The notes under the pieces: generated by a model
Database searches by the model: none
Seen by the model: the letters and a program-made list of their open reading frames with translations, nothing else
What the model was told of the DNA's origin: nothing
Translations under genes and position numbers: made by a program
Source: Candidatus Bathyarchaeia archaeon
GTDB lineage: Archaea; Thermoproteota; Bathyarchaeia; Bathyarchaeales; Bathycorpusculaceae
Direction of reading: 5' to 3'
NCBI GenBank assembly: GCA_049515895.1
Contig: JBEKTQ010000010.1
Coordinates: 32,001-96,000, forward strand
DNA length: 64,000 nucleotides
Shown: positions 39,300 to 49,398 of the stretch, one piece after another
Layout of the letters: each line of letters begins with the position of its first letter
Numbering within the stretch: position 1 is the stretch's first letter

Positions 39300-40607
39300 T
39301 CACAGGTACCTGTTTAAGTCCACTTTGATGTATTCTTCTTTTTTGAAGCCTTTTCCAGTTGTTACAAGCGGTATGGTTGCATCTAACCCAGCTTTGGCTG
39401 TGGTTGCTTTCTTTCCCTCACTTAGGTCGCCTGATGGGTCAAGCGATGAACCAGGCTGGTTTGACAGAATAACCGCGTTTTTGTCAGCTTGGAACCTTGT
39501 CGCAATAGCCCACTCCACCTCGCTGGAGTCATAAATATTAATATCCTCATCGACAATAACCACGTGTTTAAGCGATTTATGCCCTTCGAAGGCTGCAGCA
39601 ATTGCTTTTCTTCCGTCATCCGCGTTCTGCTTCTTTATCTGGACGACGGCGTGGAGCCAACTGCATCCTCCAGGGGTAATGTAAACGTCTTTGCATTGGC
39701 AAACCCTGTTGACTTCGTTGTAGATGGTTGGTTCCTTAGGCATGCCCATGAGGAATTTGTGCTCGTTTTTGCCAGCAAGAATCGTCTGGTAAATGGGGTT
39801 CTTTCGGTGGGTAACACATTTGATTTCGACGATTGGCTGCTGACGCACTCTGTCAACTACGCCCGTTAAATCCAGAAATGGTCCTTCAGTTGCTTTCTCT
39901 TTGGTGATACGGCCTTCAAGCACAAACTCGCTGTCCGCTGGCACTTCCAAATCAATCGTTCTGCACTTTACCAACTCGGTATTCTCAAGCGCATTTGCCA
40001 TTCCCAGCTCATCCACGCCTTTAGGCAGCGAAGTCGCAGCTGACAGCAAAACAGCCGTCGAGTTCCCGATGCAAATGGCCACGTCGAGTTCGCCGCCTGA
40101 TTTTTTGAGCGCTGTGTCAGTTCCGCGGTCTTCAACGATGCGGGCGACGAAGTGGTTTTTGTTTTTAAGCATGAGGCGGTGGAAACACATGTTTCTGCCC
40201 AGCTGCGTGTCCTTAATGATAGTTATGGCTGAAGCGATGTATTTCCCGCCATCTTTTTCAGTGTAACGCATTATCGGGAGCTTGGTCAAGTCAACGTCCG
40301 TTTCAACAACTTCTTGACATTCGCCATTGCTAACAGTTATCGGAGCCTCGGGATGTTCGATTGCGCCGGATAATTTGGGCAGTAACCTGTCTTTTTGCGT
40401 GCCCAGTGACCTCGCAATCAACTCTTTGGATGATACAAGCCCTGCAACGACAGGGTAACTGGATTCTTTAACTTTCTCAAAATAAACAGGCTTCTCACCC
40501 AAAGCATCTATTATTCCAGCTAACTCGTACTCAGTGGAGACTGGTTTTGTTATCCTGGTTAATTTACCACTCTTATCGAGCGCTTCTATGAAACTTCTTA
40601 AATCCAA
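39300..40607 (-). CDS. UbiD-family decarboxylase, anhydromevalonate phosphate decarboxylase by context
   Basis: DLTKLPI, DGGKY, EGPF, PGGCSWLH, VDEDI, SSLDPS; lies between mvk and the acnX genes. Confidence 0.88.
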   Translation of the reverse strand: MDLRSFIEALDKSGKLTRITKPVSTEYELAGIIDALGEKPVYFEKVKESSYPVVAGLVSSKELIARSLGTQKDRLLPKLSGAIEHPEAPITVSNGECQEVVETDVDLTKLPIMRYTEKDGGKYIASAITIIKDTQLGRNMCFHRLMLKNKNHFVARIVEDRGTDTALKKSGGELDVAICIGNSTAVLLSAATSLPKGVDELGMANALENTELVKCRTIDLEVPADSEFVLEGRITKEKATEGPFLDLTGVVDRVRQQPIVEIKCVTHRKNPIYQTILAGKNEHKFLMGMPKEPTIYNEVNRVCQCKDVYITPGGCSWLHAVVQIKKQNADDGRKAIAAAFEGHKSLKHVVIVDEDINIYDSSEVEWAIATRFQADKNAVILSNQPGSSLDPSGDLSEGKKATTAKAGLDATIPLVTTGKGFKKEEYIKVDLNRYL

Positions 40608-40621
40608 CTTGCCCTCAACCC

Positions 40622-41563
40622 CTAATATTTTTCAACGCCGATCTTCGTGCTAAGGACTTCAAAGCCCAAGTGTTTGATTGCGCTTACAACTTTTCCTTGC
40701 AAATCCTTGCCGGGAGTTAACGCCACCATGCATCCACCACCGCCTCCCCCCGTGAGCTTCGATCCGAAAGCACCCTGTTTACGCGCCAAATCCACTAGCA
40801 TATCCAGTTCCTTACTTGACACCTCGATCTGCTGCAGTAAATTGTGGTTTTCATTCATTAGTTCGCCGAGTTTCTTAAGGTCATAAGCTTCAAGCGTTTT
40901 TCTTCCTGCAACCGCCAGGTTTTCTGCTTGCTTAACGATCGGGTCGTATTTAGCGGGGTTCTTTTTTTTGCGTTCAGCGACACCTTCCACCATGGCTTTG
41001 GTGTTTGCGACTTTGCCAGTGCTGCCGATTACGATTTCGATTGGCCTGCGAACGTGTAGACGCTCAACCTTGTCTGGCCCTCCCGCAAGGTTTTTTTTAA
41101 ACCACATCAAACCGCCGTAGGTTGCCGCGGTATTGTCGATGCCCGACGGGTTGCCCGCGTAAGCTTTCTCAGCTTCGTAGGCGATCTGGTTAATTTTTTC
41201 GTCAGAAATTTGCATGTCCAGTTCCTGCGCTATGGCTCTTGCGATGGCGACGCTGCTTGCCGCGGAAGCACCTAATCCGCTGAATCCTGGAAGTGACCCG
41301 CCAATCCATATGTCAAGTCCAATTTTGGGGTTGATGTCCATGGTTTTTAGCATTCTCTCGATTGATTCGATTTGCTGGAGACGTTTTTCTTCGCTGTAGC
41401 CTTTAGCAGTTTTCCGTTCGTCTTTAACGTCTATTCCTTTTGCTGCTTTTTTAACTTCTGCGTCGGTTGTGGAATCAATCGCGGATACAATGCCGGGCGC
41501 ACCGTGCACAACAAAGTGTTCGCCGAACAAAATTACTTTCCCGAAGCCTGACCCTTTACCCAT
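40622..41563 (-). CDS. mvk: Mevalonate kinase
   Basis: GKVILFGEHFVVHG, PGFSGLGASAA, GNPSGID, KLTGGGGGG. Confidence 0.94.
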   Translation of the reverse strand: MGKGSGFGKVILFGEHFVVHGAPGIVSAIDSTTDAEVKKAAKGIDVKDERKTAKGYSEEKRLQQIESIERMLKTMDINPKIGLDIWIGGSLPGFSGLGASAASSVAIARAIAQELDMQISDEKINQIAYEAEKAYAGNPSGIDNTAATYGGLMWFKKNLAGGPDKVERLHVRRPIEIVIGSTGKVANTKAMVEGVAERKKKNPAKYDPIVKQAENLAVAGRKTLEAYDLKKLGELMNENHNLLQQIEVSSKELDMLVDLARKQGAFGSKLTGGGGGGCMVALTPGKDLQGKVVSAIKHLGFEVLSTKIGVEKY

Positions 41564-41673
41564 TTAAAGTCACCCATGAAAGGAGCATATAATAGCAATT
41601 ATAATAAAAACATTCTTTCTAAGGATTACAAGAACAAAATTGCTTGAAGTGATGGGTTAGAGGGGGTAAAAGT

Positions 41674-41770
41674 AGTGTTAGGCAGGCCAAACCACGCGTT
41701 AACAGGCACAGGCAAAAAAGTTTTTGGGCAAAGATGCCTCGTCGCCTGTTAGCAGCCAGACCGCCTAACT
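41674..41770. ncRNA. Candidate structured RNA (long nested hairpin)
   Basis: Nested complementary arms GTTAGGC/GCCTAAC, TAACAGGC/GCCTGTTA and AGGCA/TGCCT in a 420-bp intergenic gap. Confidence 0.4.
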
Positions 41771-41985
41771 GTTGTTGGCAATCCCTTGCTTTTTCCTTTC
41801 TCGCTCAAACCATTCTATGCATGAACCGAATATAAGATAATGTTGTTACACTTTGGAGTCACAAGCGCTTGCTATGGAAAACCCTGCCTCGTTTGTCCAT
41901 CAAGCCTCGGCACCACTCCAAATTTTAAGTGGTTTCTCCATCATCAAGGCGCGAATAGTTAATTTGAGAAATCGTTGTTTTCGTC

Positions 41986-42837
41986 TTATTTCTTGAAACT
42001 CACAGCTGCATAGCCTACCACGCTCGAGTGGTCGCCTGTTATGTCGCCGCTGTTGCGGTAGTTTAACAGTTTAGCTTTAGCGCAGATGCCCTTCGCATAA
42101 GTGATTAAAGCCGTAATCGGTGCGTAGCCGCAGGCCGTGATGTTTCGTGTCTCAACGGTTTCGTAGAATTGTTTTGCATCCAAATCTATAACCGCTTTGA
42201 GTGCTGCTTGGTCTTTTTCGGCCGCGTTCTTTGCTGTTTCATAATGTGTCATATCTGAAGAAGCGATTACTACTGCATTTACTGTGTCCAAAGCTTCCTC
42301 AAGCGCACTTCCAACTTCAAAGGCTGAATCATAATCCTGCATCAAAAAGCAGATGGGAACGATCTTGAAAGAGACTCCATAGAGAAATTGCAGAAACGGC
42401 AACTGCACCTCAATGGAGTGCTCGTAGCGGTGAGCAAATTCGTCAACGTCGATGAGGTTGGTTTCTTGTCTTATCTGATCAGCCAGTGCCGTGTCTATTT
42501 CTACGTTGCCAAGCGGTGTCTGCCAAGCGCCCTGCCTCATCATGCTTAACGCGCTGCCATAGCCTGTGTGGTTTGGACCCATAAGAACAACTGTGTCAGG
42601 TTTGCCGTCTTTCGCTAACTCGTAATAAGCGGATGCTGCCACATGCCCCGAATACATGTAGCCAGCGTGGGGGCAAATTAAGCCAACTATGCTTCGCGGC
42701 TGGGAATGCAAGTTTACTTCTGGAAGTTTTTGTGGACCTATCTTGTGGAGGAAACAACTTTTAATTTGTGCTCTGAGTTCTTCGGCGTCGGCTTCATAAA
42801 ATTGTCCTGATACTGTTGGACGCCGAATAGTCGGCAA
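41986..42837 (-). CDS. MEMO1 family protein (AmmeMemoRadiSam protein B)
   Basis: RRPTVSGQFY, CPHAGYMYSG, GPNHTG, EHSIEVQLPFLQ, SSDMTHY, ACG, SVVGY. Confidence 0.93.
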   Translation of the reverse strand: MPTIRRPTVSGQFYEADAEELRAQIKSCFLHKIGPQKLPEVNLHSQPRSIVGLICPHAGYMYSGHVAASAYYELAKDGKPDTVVLMGPNHTGYGSALSMMRQGAWQTPLGNVEIDTALADQIRQETNLIDVDEFAHRYEHSIEVQLPFLQFLYGVSFKIVPICFLMQDYDSAFEVGSALEEALDTVNAVVIASSDMTHYETAKNAAEKDQAALKAVIDLDAKQFYETVETRNITACGYAPITALITYAKGICAKAKLLNYRNSGDITGDHSSVVGYAAVSFKK

Positions 42838-42841
42838 CTCT

Positions 42842-43639
42842 TTAGGGTTCCTCCTCCTCTTCACGTGTCACTTTGGCTTCGAAGTCATCTATCGTTGCTG
42901 GGGGGTCTTTGTCTGGGCCAAGTTCGCCTCTTTCACGGAGCAATTGTCTTGCTAAAAGCCAGAATATGACTGCTAATGCTCTTCTTCCTTTATTGTTGGT
43001 TGGGATGACAAGGTCTACGCCTGCGAACTCGTTGTCTGTGCTGCATAAGGCGACAATTGGGATGCCGACGTTGCTGGCTTCTTTGACTGCTTGCGCGTCC
43101 GCTCTGGGGTCGGAGACAACTATGACTTCAGGGTCGATTCTGCCTGGATACTGCGGGTTAGACAGCTGCCCAGGAATGAATCGGCCTATTAGCGGTGTTG
43201 CGCCTGTCAATTGGCAGAATTTCTTGATTGGTTCTTGAGCGTACAGTCTGGTTGCTGCCACTGAGATTTTGGCGTGTTCATAACGTGACAGGAATTTCGC
43301 GGTGACCCTTATTCGGTCGTCCGTTTTTTTAACATCAAGCACGAATAACCCGTCTGGGCGGACACGGTAAATGAAAGGCTCCATGTCTAAGGTTTTCATT
43401 CTGGTTCCGATGTGGATGCCGGCTGACAGCAATGTATCGCGTGGCAAAAGTAGTTCTTCCCCCGGCGCTGGTTCTGCAGTCTGGGTAGTTTGAACCGGTT
43501 TGCTTTCAGCTGGTTGAGCTTCTTCATTTGCTAGCTTCTCCTCTTGCTGTTCTTCCGTGACGGCTTCCTCTTCTACGGGTTCACTAGACTTCTCTTCATT
43601 TTCAACTGGTTGATTATCTCTTACTTCGTCTTCAGACAT
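42842..43639 (-). CDS. rps2: 30S ribosomal protein S2 with an acidic N-terminal extension
   Basis: AGIHIGT, GRFIPG.L.NP, DPRADAQAVKEA, IPTNNKG. Confidence 0.96.
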   Translation of the reverse strand: MSEDEVRDNQPVENEEKSSEPVEEEAVTEEQQEEKLANEEAQPAESKPVQTTQTAEPAPGEELLLPRDTLLSAGIHIGTRMKTLDMEPFIYRVRPDGLFVLDVKKTDDRIRVTAKFLSRYEHAKISVAATRLYAQEPIKKFCQLTGATPLIGRFIPGQLSNPQYPGRIDPEVIVVSDPRADAQAVKEASNVGIPIVALCSTDNEFAGVDLVIPTNNKGRRALAVIFWLLARQLLRERGELGPDKDPPATIDDFEAKVTREEEEEP

Positions 43640-43655
43640 ACTTTCACTTTCTCTG

Positions 43656-44924
43656 TTAGCGTATTTTTAATTCAGCCATTTTGGCTCTGTGCCCAAGGAA
43701 ATCCTCAATCCTTATTAGCTCATTGAGTTTGGCTATGCGCGCCCCTTCAACTACGCCTGTCTTGATGAGGGGACACTTGTAAGCCACAGCCAAATGAGCA
43801 ATGTGCCAATCGCACGTGTCTCCCGAACGATGAGATACAACAGGATCGTACCCGTGCCTCTGCGCTGTCTCAATTGTCTGAGCGGCATCACTTAAAGTGC
43901 CAATCTGGTTGACTTTTATTATGATAGCATTTCCAGCGTTAATCTTTATTCCATTATTTAACCTTTCAGTATTAGTTGTGAACAAATCATCGCCGCAGAT
44001 TAAGCAGTTTTTGGCTTTGCGGGTTAGCTCCGCGAAGCTTTCGTAGTCCTCCTCGTGGAATGGGTCCTCCACGTAGGTGAGATGATACTTTTCGATTAAT
44101 TCAAGTAGGAACTCAAGCTGCTCAGCGGTCTCAAGCTTCTTTCCTTCGCTTGGATAAACGTATTTTTCTTCTTTAGGCTTCCAAAGCGAGGAGGCTGCAA
44201 CGTCTATGCCGAAGGCGCATTCAAAGTCTAGCTCGTTGCCGACTTCTTCGCATGCTTTCGCGATAACTTCAAACGCGTCAGATGTGTCTATGTTAGCTAT
44301 CCAAGCGCCCTCATCGCTTTTGCCGCCGTTAAAAGTTGCGCTTTTCTTTTTCAGTGAATCGCCGATTTTCCTGTGAATCTGAGTATTGGCTGTTTGGGCC
44401 TCAACAAAAGTTTCTGCGCCATGCGGCAACGCAAGGTACTCTTGAATGTCTGGGGATTTGCCCCTCGCATGTTGACCGCCGCTTATGCAATTGCCAAGGG
44501 GGTACGGAAGGGTTGTTGCGGCGTTTCCTCCAAGAAATTGGAATAGCAATAACCCGTGACTGTTCGCGGCGGCTTCAGCGTTGGCTAGGGATATGGCGAA
44601 GGCTGTGTTTCCGCCTATGTTCTTAAAATCAGTTGACCCGTCCAGTTCATGGAGGGTACTATCGATTTCCTCCTGAAAATCAGCGTTCAACCCTGCAAGT
44701 TCAGGAGCAATCAAATCGTCAACTTTCTTAATGGCTGCCTCCACTCCGCCCTGCGGGTAATAAACCACCTCAGCTCTCCCACGGCTTTTTCCAGCAGGAG
44801 CAGCCGCCCTTCCGAAGCCACCGGTGGTGATTACGTCAACCTCGATGGTTTCTTCTCCACGGTTGTTGAAAACTTTTCTAGCAATGAGGTCTTCGATGAT
44901 GGATGACACGCCTTTAAACCTCAA
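43656..44924 (-). CDS. eno: Enolase
   Basis: GGQH, QEY, DEGA, IDVAAS, EDPF, GDDLF, IKVNQIGT, SHRSG, IKTG; possible GTG start at 44909. Confidence 0.9.
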   Translation of the reverse strand: MRFKGVSSIIEDLIARKVFNNRGEETIEVDVITTGGFGRAAAPAGKSRGRAEVVYYPQGGVEAAIKKVDDLIAPELAGLNADFQEEIDSTLHELDGSTDFKNIGGNTAFAISLANAEAAANSHGLLLFQFLGGNAATTLPYPLGNCISGGQHARGKSPDIQEYLALPHGAETFVEAQTANTQIHRKIGDSLKKKSATFNGGKSDEGAWIANIDTSDAFEVIAKACEEVGNELDFECAFGIDVAASSLWKPKEEKYVYPSEGKKLETAEQLEFLLELIEKYHLTYVEDPFHEEDYESFAELTRKAKNCLICGDDLFTTNTERLNNGIKINAGNAIIIKVNQIGTLSDAAQTIETAQRHGYDPVVSHRSGDTCDWHIAHLAVAYKCPLIKTGVVEGARIAKLNELIRIEDFLGHRAKMAELKIR

Positions 44925-45330
44925 ATGGGTACAATTTTGTTGCCAGCTTATTTTAGGTTTCGGAACATGCTTATTTTGAACCTGAACAGAAGCAATCCAC
45001 GGTGGGGAGGCTAAAGCTCTTATTTTTCAGTCCAAATGTGCGGTAATAGAGAGCGCTGAAAAGAACAAGGATAAGATTACTGACAATGAAAACTCGACGG
45101 TAGGAGATTGGCGATAATGGCTTAGTAGGCCTACAAGACTTCGTTTGTTATTTGGCATGCGCACATGTAGACGCTCAATCTTCCTTAACATTAAAAACTT
45201 CCGTTAAAATCAAATTATTGGTGTGACCTAGCGAGTTAATTTTTCTGTTGAATATTTGCCTATTTAGCCTCGCAAAATTCCAGCTCGATTATAGGAAAAA
45301 AATATGAAAAAGTTGCTCAAATACCCTTAA

Positions 45331-45537
45331 TTAGTTCACAGCGGTTATGAAAACCACGTTTTTTCTGGTTTTGGTTGAGGCAGCAACTTTCCCGCCGTAT
45401 TTGGATGCCGACCTGTTTGTTTCCCGATGGCTCATGTGGCATCGTACACCCATTGTTTTTTTGTCTGGCGAGACCCAGACAACGCTTCCCAACGTTTGGC
45501 ATTCGGGACACTTTATCGAATCACCGACACTAACCAT
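45331..45537 (-). CDS. Small Zn-ribbon hypothetical protein
   Basis: CPEC...VRCHMSH, 68 aa. Confidence 0.6.
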   Translation of the reverse strand: MVSVGDSIKCPECQTLGSVVWVSPDKKTMGVRCHMSHRETNRSASKYGGKVAASTKTRKNVVFITAVN

Positions 45538-45845
45538 AAACTGAAACCCCCATATTTTCTCTATCTATTTTTCGAGAACTTTTGCGCTCGTTTTCTACCA
45601 GAGCCCAAGCTTCACACATTAAGTACATATTTTTTTACCCCTTATTGTTCTCCTCTTAGAAAAGAATCAGTGACTCAACAGGGCTAAACCCAGAGAACAA
45701 AAGAAACTCTTCAGGAACATAATGGGTCCCACGCTTATAAACACGCAAAAATGAGCCCATCGCCCCTTCCAAAAGCTTTTGCATCTTTCGCATAAATATA
45801 AAATTTTTGTTAAACAGGTCAACAAGCCAAAACCGGCCTGAATCG

Positions 45846-46622
45846 CTAAAGCTCGCTTAGAAGCTTGTCAAAAAGAGCTTTGCTTCTAGCAATTTCTTCT
45901 ATAGGAGTATCCTGCACAAGCTCCAGCGTTATTGGTCCATCATAACCGTAGCAATGCAGCTTTGTCAGAAAGGAGAGAAGTTCAGCCTTGGGTTCGGTGA
46001 AGGGTTTATGTGCTTTGTTTGCCATGTGAACGTTGCAGACGCGCTTTCCATATTTCTCGAGAAGGTTGTCTACTTCTTTGGTTTCTAGCGCGTGACACAA
46101 ATCAAACGTTATCCCCATGTTGCCTGCGTCTATGACGGATAGGACTTCTTCAAGTTGCTCAACGTTTTTGCCAAAACCAGTGGACGTATAGGAGAGGTTT
46201 TCCAAAGCCAATTTTATGCCTAATTTTTTGGCAAAAGGCTTGATTTCATCATTAAAAATCTCAGTTAAGCACCTCTCTCTCACATTTCGAGGCAACTTCT
46301 TTGAAACATCGGAATGTACGGTCATAAGCGAAACGCCAAGTGCGCGGGCGCATTCAAGTGAAATTTTCCCGTAATAGACCGCTTGATGCACCTCAATTGG
46401 GTCTTTTACGTGCAGAATGGCAGAGTGAAGGGTTAAGCAGTTCAATCCAGAAGCCGCTAACGCTTTCTGCTCCCGATAAACATCTCTGTCGCGCTCTTTC
46501 TTTATAGCTTTCATGTTAAACTCGATGTTTTCGAACCCGAGTTGCTTAACCGCTGCAAAGTTCCCATTCAAGCCTAGTTTGCTGAAGATTCCGTTGGACA
46601 AACTCAGCTTCTTATGCCTCAA
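45846..46622 (-). CDS. Sugar-phosphate isomerase/epimerase (AP endonuclease 2 TIM barrel)
   Basis: LGFENIEF, TLHS, MTVH, LALENL, TFDLCH, NVHM, ITLE. Confidence 0.85.
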   Translation of the reverse strand: MRHKKLSLSNGIFSKLGLNGNFAAVKQLGFENIEFNMKAIKKERDRDVYREQKALAASGLNCLTLHSAILHVKDPIEVHQAVYYGKISLECARALGVSLMTVHSDVSKKLPRNVRERCLTEIFNDEIKPFAKKLGIKLALENLSYTSTGFGKNVEQLEEVLSVIDAGNMGITFDLCHALETKEVDNLLEKYGKRVCNVHMANKAHKPFTEPKAELLSFLTKLHCYGYDGPITLELVQDTPIEEIARSKALFDKLLSEL

Positions 46623-47112
46623 CTCAGCCCTTCAAGTTCGGTTTGCAGTTCTATTAAAACAGCTTTAAAGATAAACAAGTCGGTCACGCACTTTTGCCAA
46701 ATCACGAACTGGAAATTTGGGCTCTAAAATTTTCAATTAAGCTCTGAATTTTCCTGTGCCTATTTCGGTGCTGTTTTTCAAATTTTTTGGTCTTTTTTGA
46801 ATAGTTCTAGATTCATCAGTTCATTTTATTGGCATTTAGACTCACAAAAGGAAAAAAAATATATGTAACTTCGCCCAATGTCTAAATGTTGGCTGGGGCC
46901 TCTGGTTAAAAAACTCACCGTGGAAAAACTGCAATTCCCCAATTTTCCACTTTTCTTCCTTAATTTTTCCAGAGCCTCAGCCAAAATCCTTCGTAAAAAA
47001 GCAAGTATGCAAATCTTAGAGTTAATTTCCGGCTTGATCATAGATGAAACTGTTGTACTGGGCGCAAGGGTTATTTTTTGGATTTTCCAATGATAGATAT
47101 TGGTGAATCGAG

Positions 47113-47409
47113 ACGGTTGAGGTTAAAGTTCGCTTTTTCACTTCCCTCAGAGAAATCGTAAACAAAAGAGAAGAAACCCTTACTTTCTCCGAAGGCGAGA
47201 AGGTGACAGTGGATTCAATTCTTAAAATACTTTCAGAAAAATACGGTGCACCCTTTAGGAATTACGTTTATGACAGCAAAAATGGGCAGCCCAAAGGGTT
47301 CCTACAGTTCCTCGTTAACGGAAACAGCATATCAACAATGAACGGGCTGCAAACGGAGCTTGCGCATGGAGATATGTTGGCCATTCTGCCACCAGTAGGC
47401 GGCGGCTAA
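47113..47409 (+). CDS. Ubiquitin-like sulfur carrier / SAMP (MoaD/ThiS family); start codon uncertain
   Basis: Frame is open from 47107: VEVKVRFFTSLREIVNKREE...FLVNG...GDMLAILPPVGGG; the track starts it at an internal GTG (47203). Confidence 0.85.
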   Translation, partial: TVEVKVRFFTSLREIVNKREETLTFSEGEKVTVDSILKILSEKYGAPFRNYVYDSKNGQPKGFLQFLVNGNSISTMNGLQTELAHGDMLAILPPVGGG

Positions 47410-47447
47410 GAAATTGTGAGAAAAAACCACCACAAAAAGAATTGACC

Positions 47448-49235
47448 CTACATGACGCCAGCCCAGAAGGGAATCTTTTTGCGCATAAGATTAATGTATT
47501 CTTTTAGTACTTCTTGCTCTTCCCCAGTTAAGTCATCCGCATGCGCTGTCAACAATGCTTGCGCATCCTTCTCAGGCACCTTCACGAACAACACATCCTT
47601 CTCGAAAACGTGCCTGCCTGCAACCGGCTTATCCATTGAAATTGCTACCTGCATGCCTACCTTGGCCTCAGGTACCGCTTTGCCTTGGTCCTGAATCTGG
47701 TCTACCTCGCCAAGGTCACTGCCATCTTCAGCCCGCATAAGCCCATACTTCGCTTTCAATCGGCCACCTAACACTTCAACACCAAAAATAGCGGGTTTAG
47801 CTCTACGGAAAATGCAGTTAGGCAAAACAGTAACTTTGCCCGGCTTTACAAGGGCCTCAAATTCAGCCTCACTCTTTGTTTCACGCTTATTCTTAGCCCA
47901 CTGCAAATATGCGTCGATTAGATTGTAAATTATAGGCTGGTTAAAAATCGGGATACCATTAGCCGCGGCTTCCTGCTCAGCGTCAGGCAACGTTTTAACT
48001 CCAAATGCCAAGATAGCCCCAACCAATGGCTCGCGTGTCTTTACAACCGACGCCTCAATCACGTCACGCTTGCTTATGTCGCCAACATCGGCAATTCGAA
48101 CCTGCACTTTGTTTGTCTTCAAGATTTCAGCCATAGCCTCAAGTGAACCAAGCGTGTCAGCTTTAACAATAACGCCCTCAATCTCCTTAGCAATCCTGAT
48201 TCTGCCTATTTCTTCAGTGATAAGCTTGCAGTACTTTGCTGGGTCTTCGCCTGTAGGCACTGCAAACAGCGGTGCACCAGCCAAAGCGCCCTCCAAATCA
48301 GGGGCAACAACTTTAACACCTGCGCTGGCAAAAACACAATCAACCGACGTGAACTTGTCCCGAGGGTCCCTCATCTCATCCAGTGGTTTAGGTACCAAAA
48401 TCGCTCGTACACGCGCAGAAATCGGGCCATTGCGTCCTCCGACAACAATCAAGTCATCCTTGTGCAGTGTTCCGTCGTAAATGATCGTGTTCAATGTTAA
48501 ACCTAAACCAGGCTCCTCCTTAACTTCCAAAACAGAACCCTTAGCAGCGCCCTCTGTTGTCTGCAGCCGTTTCTTAAGAAACTGCTGACTCAACCCAACC
48601 AAAACCATAACCAACTCGGATAAACCTTCGCCTGTTTTTGCGCTGGTCGGCACTAAAGCCACGTTAATTGTGAAGTCGCGAATGTGGTCGAAGCGGTCTG
48701 TTTTAAAACCTTGCCGACTGAACTCGCCCATAATAGTGTATAAACGATTATCCAGCGCTTCGCGCACAAAACTCGACTGGGAAGCATAAGACTTCAAAAA
48801 AGGCGTTCCCTGTTGCGCCGTCCAACCGGGAATTCGGTCAATCTTGTTAACTGCGACGAGAAAGGGGGTCTTACGCGCCTTTAAGATTTCTATGCACTCG
48901 TACGTTTGCGCCTCAAAACCCCTTAAAACATCAATGACAAGAATAGCAATGTCAGCGACGCTTCCGCCCCTGCGCCGCAGATTCGTGAAAGCTTCATGTC
49001 CAGGGGTATCTACAATAAGCAACCCAGGAATTTCAATGCCACTTTTGAAATTAGACAGCAAAGGTCCAATTAGCTGTTTGAGTGTTTCAACAGGGAAAAA
49101 ACTGGCGCCGATGTGTTGTGTCATTCCTCCCGCTTCGCGAGCTTGCACGCTGGTTTTTCTTAGTTCATCAAGAAGTGAGGTTTTGCCTGCGTCTACGTGT
49201 CCTAAGACGCATACGATGGGTTGGCGTGTGGGCAT
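47448..49235 (-). CDS. infB: Translation initiation factor aIF5B (IF-2)
   Basis: RQPIVCVLGHVDAGKT, TQHIGA, DTPGHEAF, NKID, KADTLGSLEA. Confidence 0.97.
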   Translation of the reverse strand: MPTRQPIVCVLGHVDAGKTSLLDELRKTSVQAREAGGMTQHIGASFFPVETLKQLIGPLLSNFKSGIEIPGLLIVDTPGHEAFTNLRRRGGSVADIAILVIDVLRGFEAQTYECIEILKARKTPFLVAVNKIDRIPGWTAQQGTPFLKSYASQSSFVREALDNRLYTIMGEFSRQGFKTDRFDHIRDFTINVALVPTSAKTGEGLSELVMVLVGLSQQFLKKRLQTTEGAAKGSVLEVKEEPGLGLTLNTIIYDGTLHKDDLIVVGGRNGPISARVRAILVPKPLDEMRDPRDKFTSVDCVFASAGVKVVAPDLEGALAGAPLFAVPTGEDPAKYCKLITEEIGRIRIAKEIEGVIVKADTLGSLEAMAEILKTNKVQVRIADVGDISKRDVIEASVVKTREPLVGAILAFGVKTLPDAEQEAAANGIPIFNQPIIYNLIDAYLQWAKNKRETKSEAEFEALVKPGKVTVLPNCIFRRAKPAIFGVEVLGGRLKAKYGLMRAEDGSDLGEVDQIQDQGKAVPEAKVGMQVAISMDKPVAGRHVFEKDVLFVKVPEKDAQALLTAHADDLTGEEQEVLKEYINLMRKKIPFWAGVM

Positions 49236-49398
49236 TGTTTTTCGCTTCCATTACAAATTGTCCAACTGTTTAATGTTTTTATGGTTTATAAATGGGGTGG
49301 ACCCTTTTTAGAAGGTCAAACAACTTGGGGCAAAAGGTGGAAGGCTTAGGTTTGCCTGAAAACATTTAGTATTAGCTGAAAAAAGACTGGTAAAGACG

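Noticed and set aside
43656-44924. Enolase as a possible pseudo-enzyme (PAGKSRG instead of PSGASTG)
   Set aside because: Catalytic and Mg-binding residues are all present
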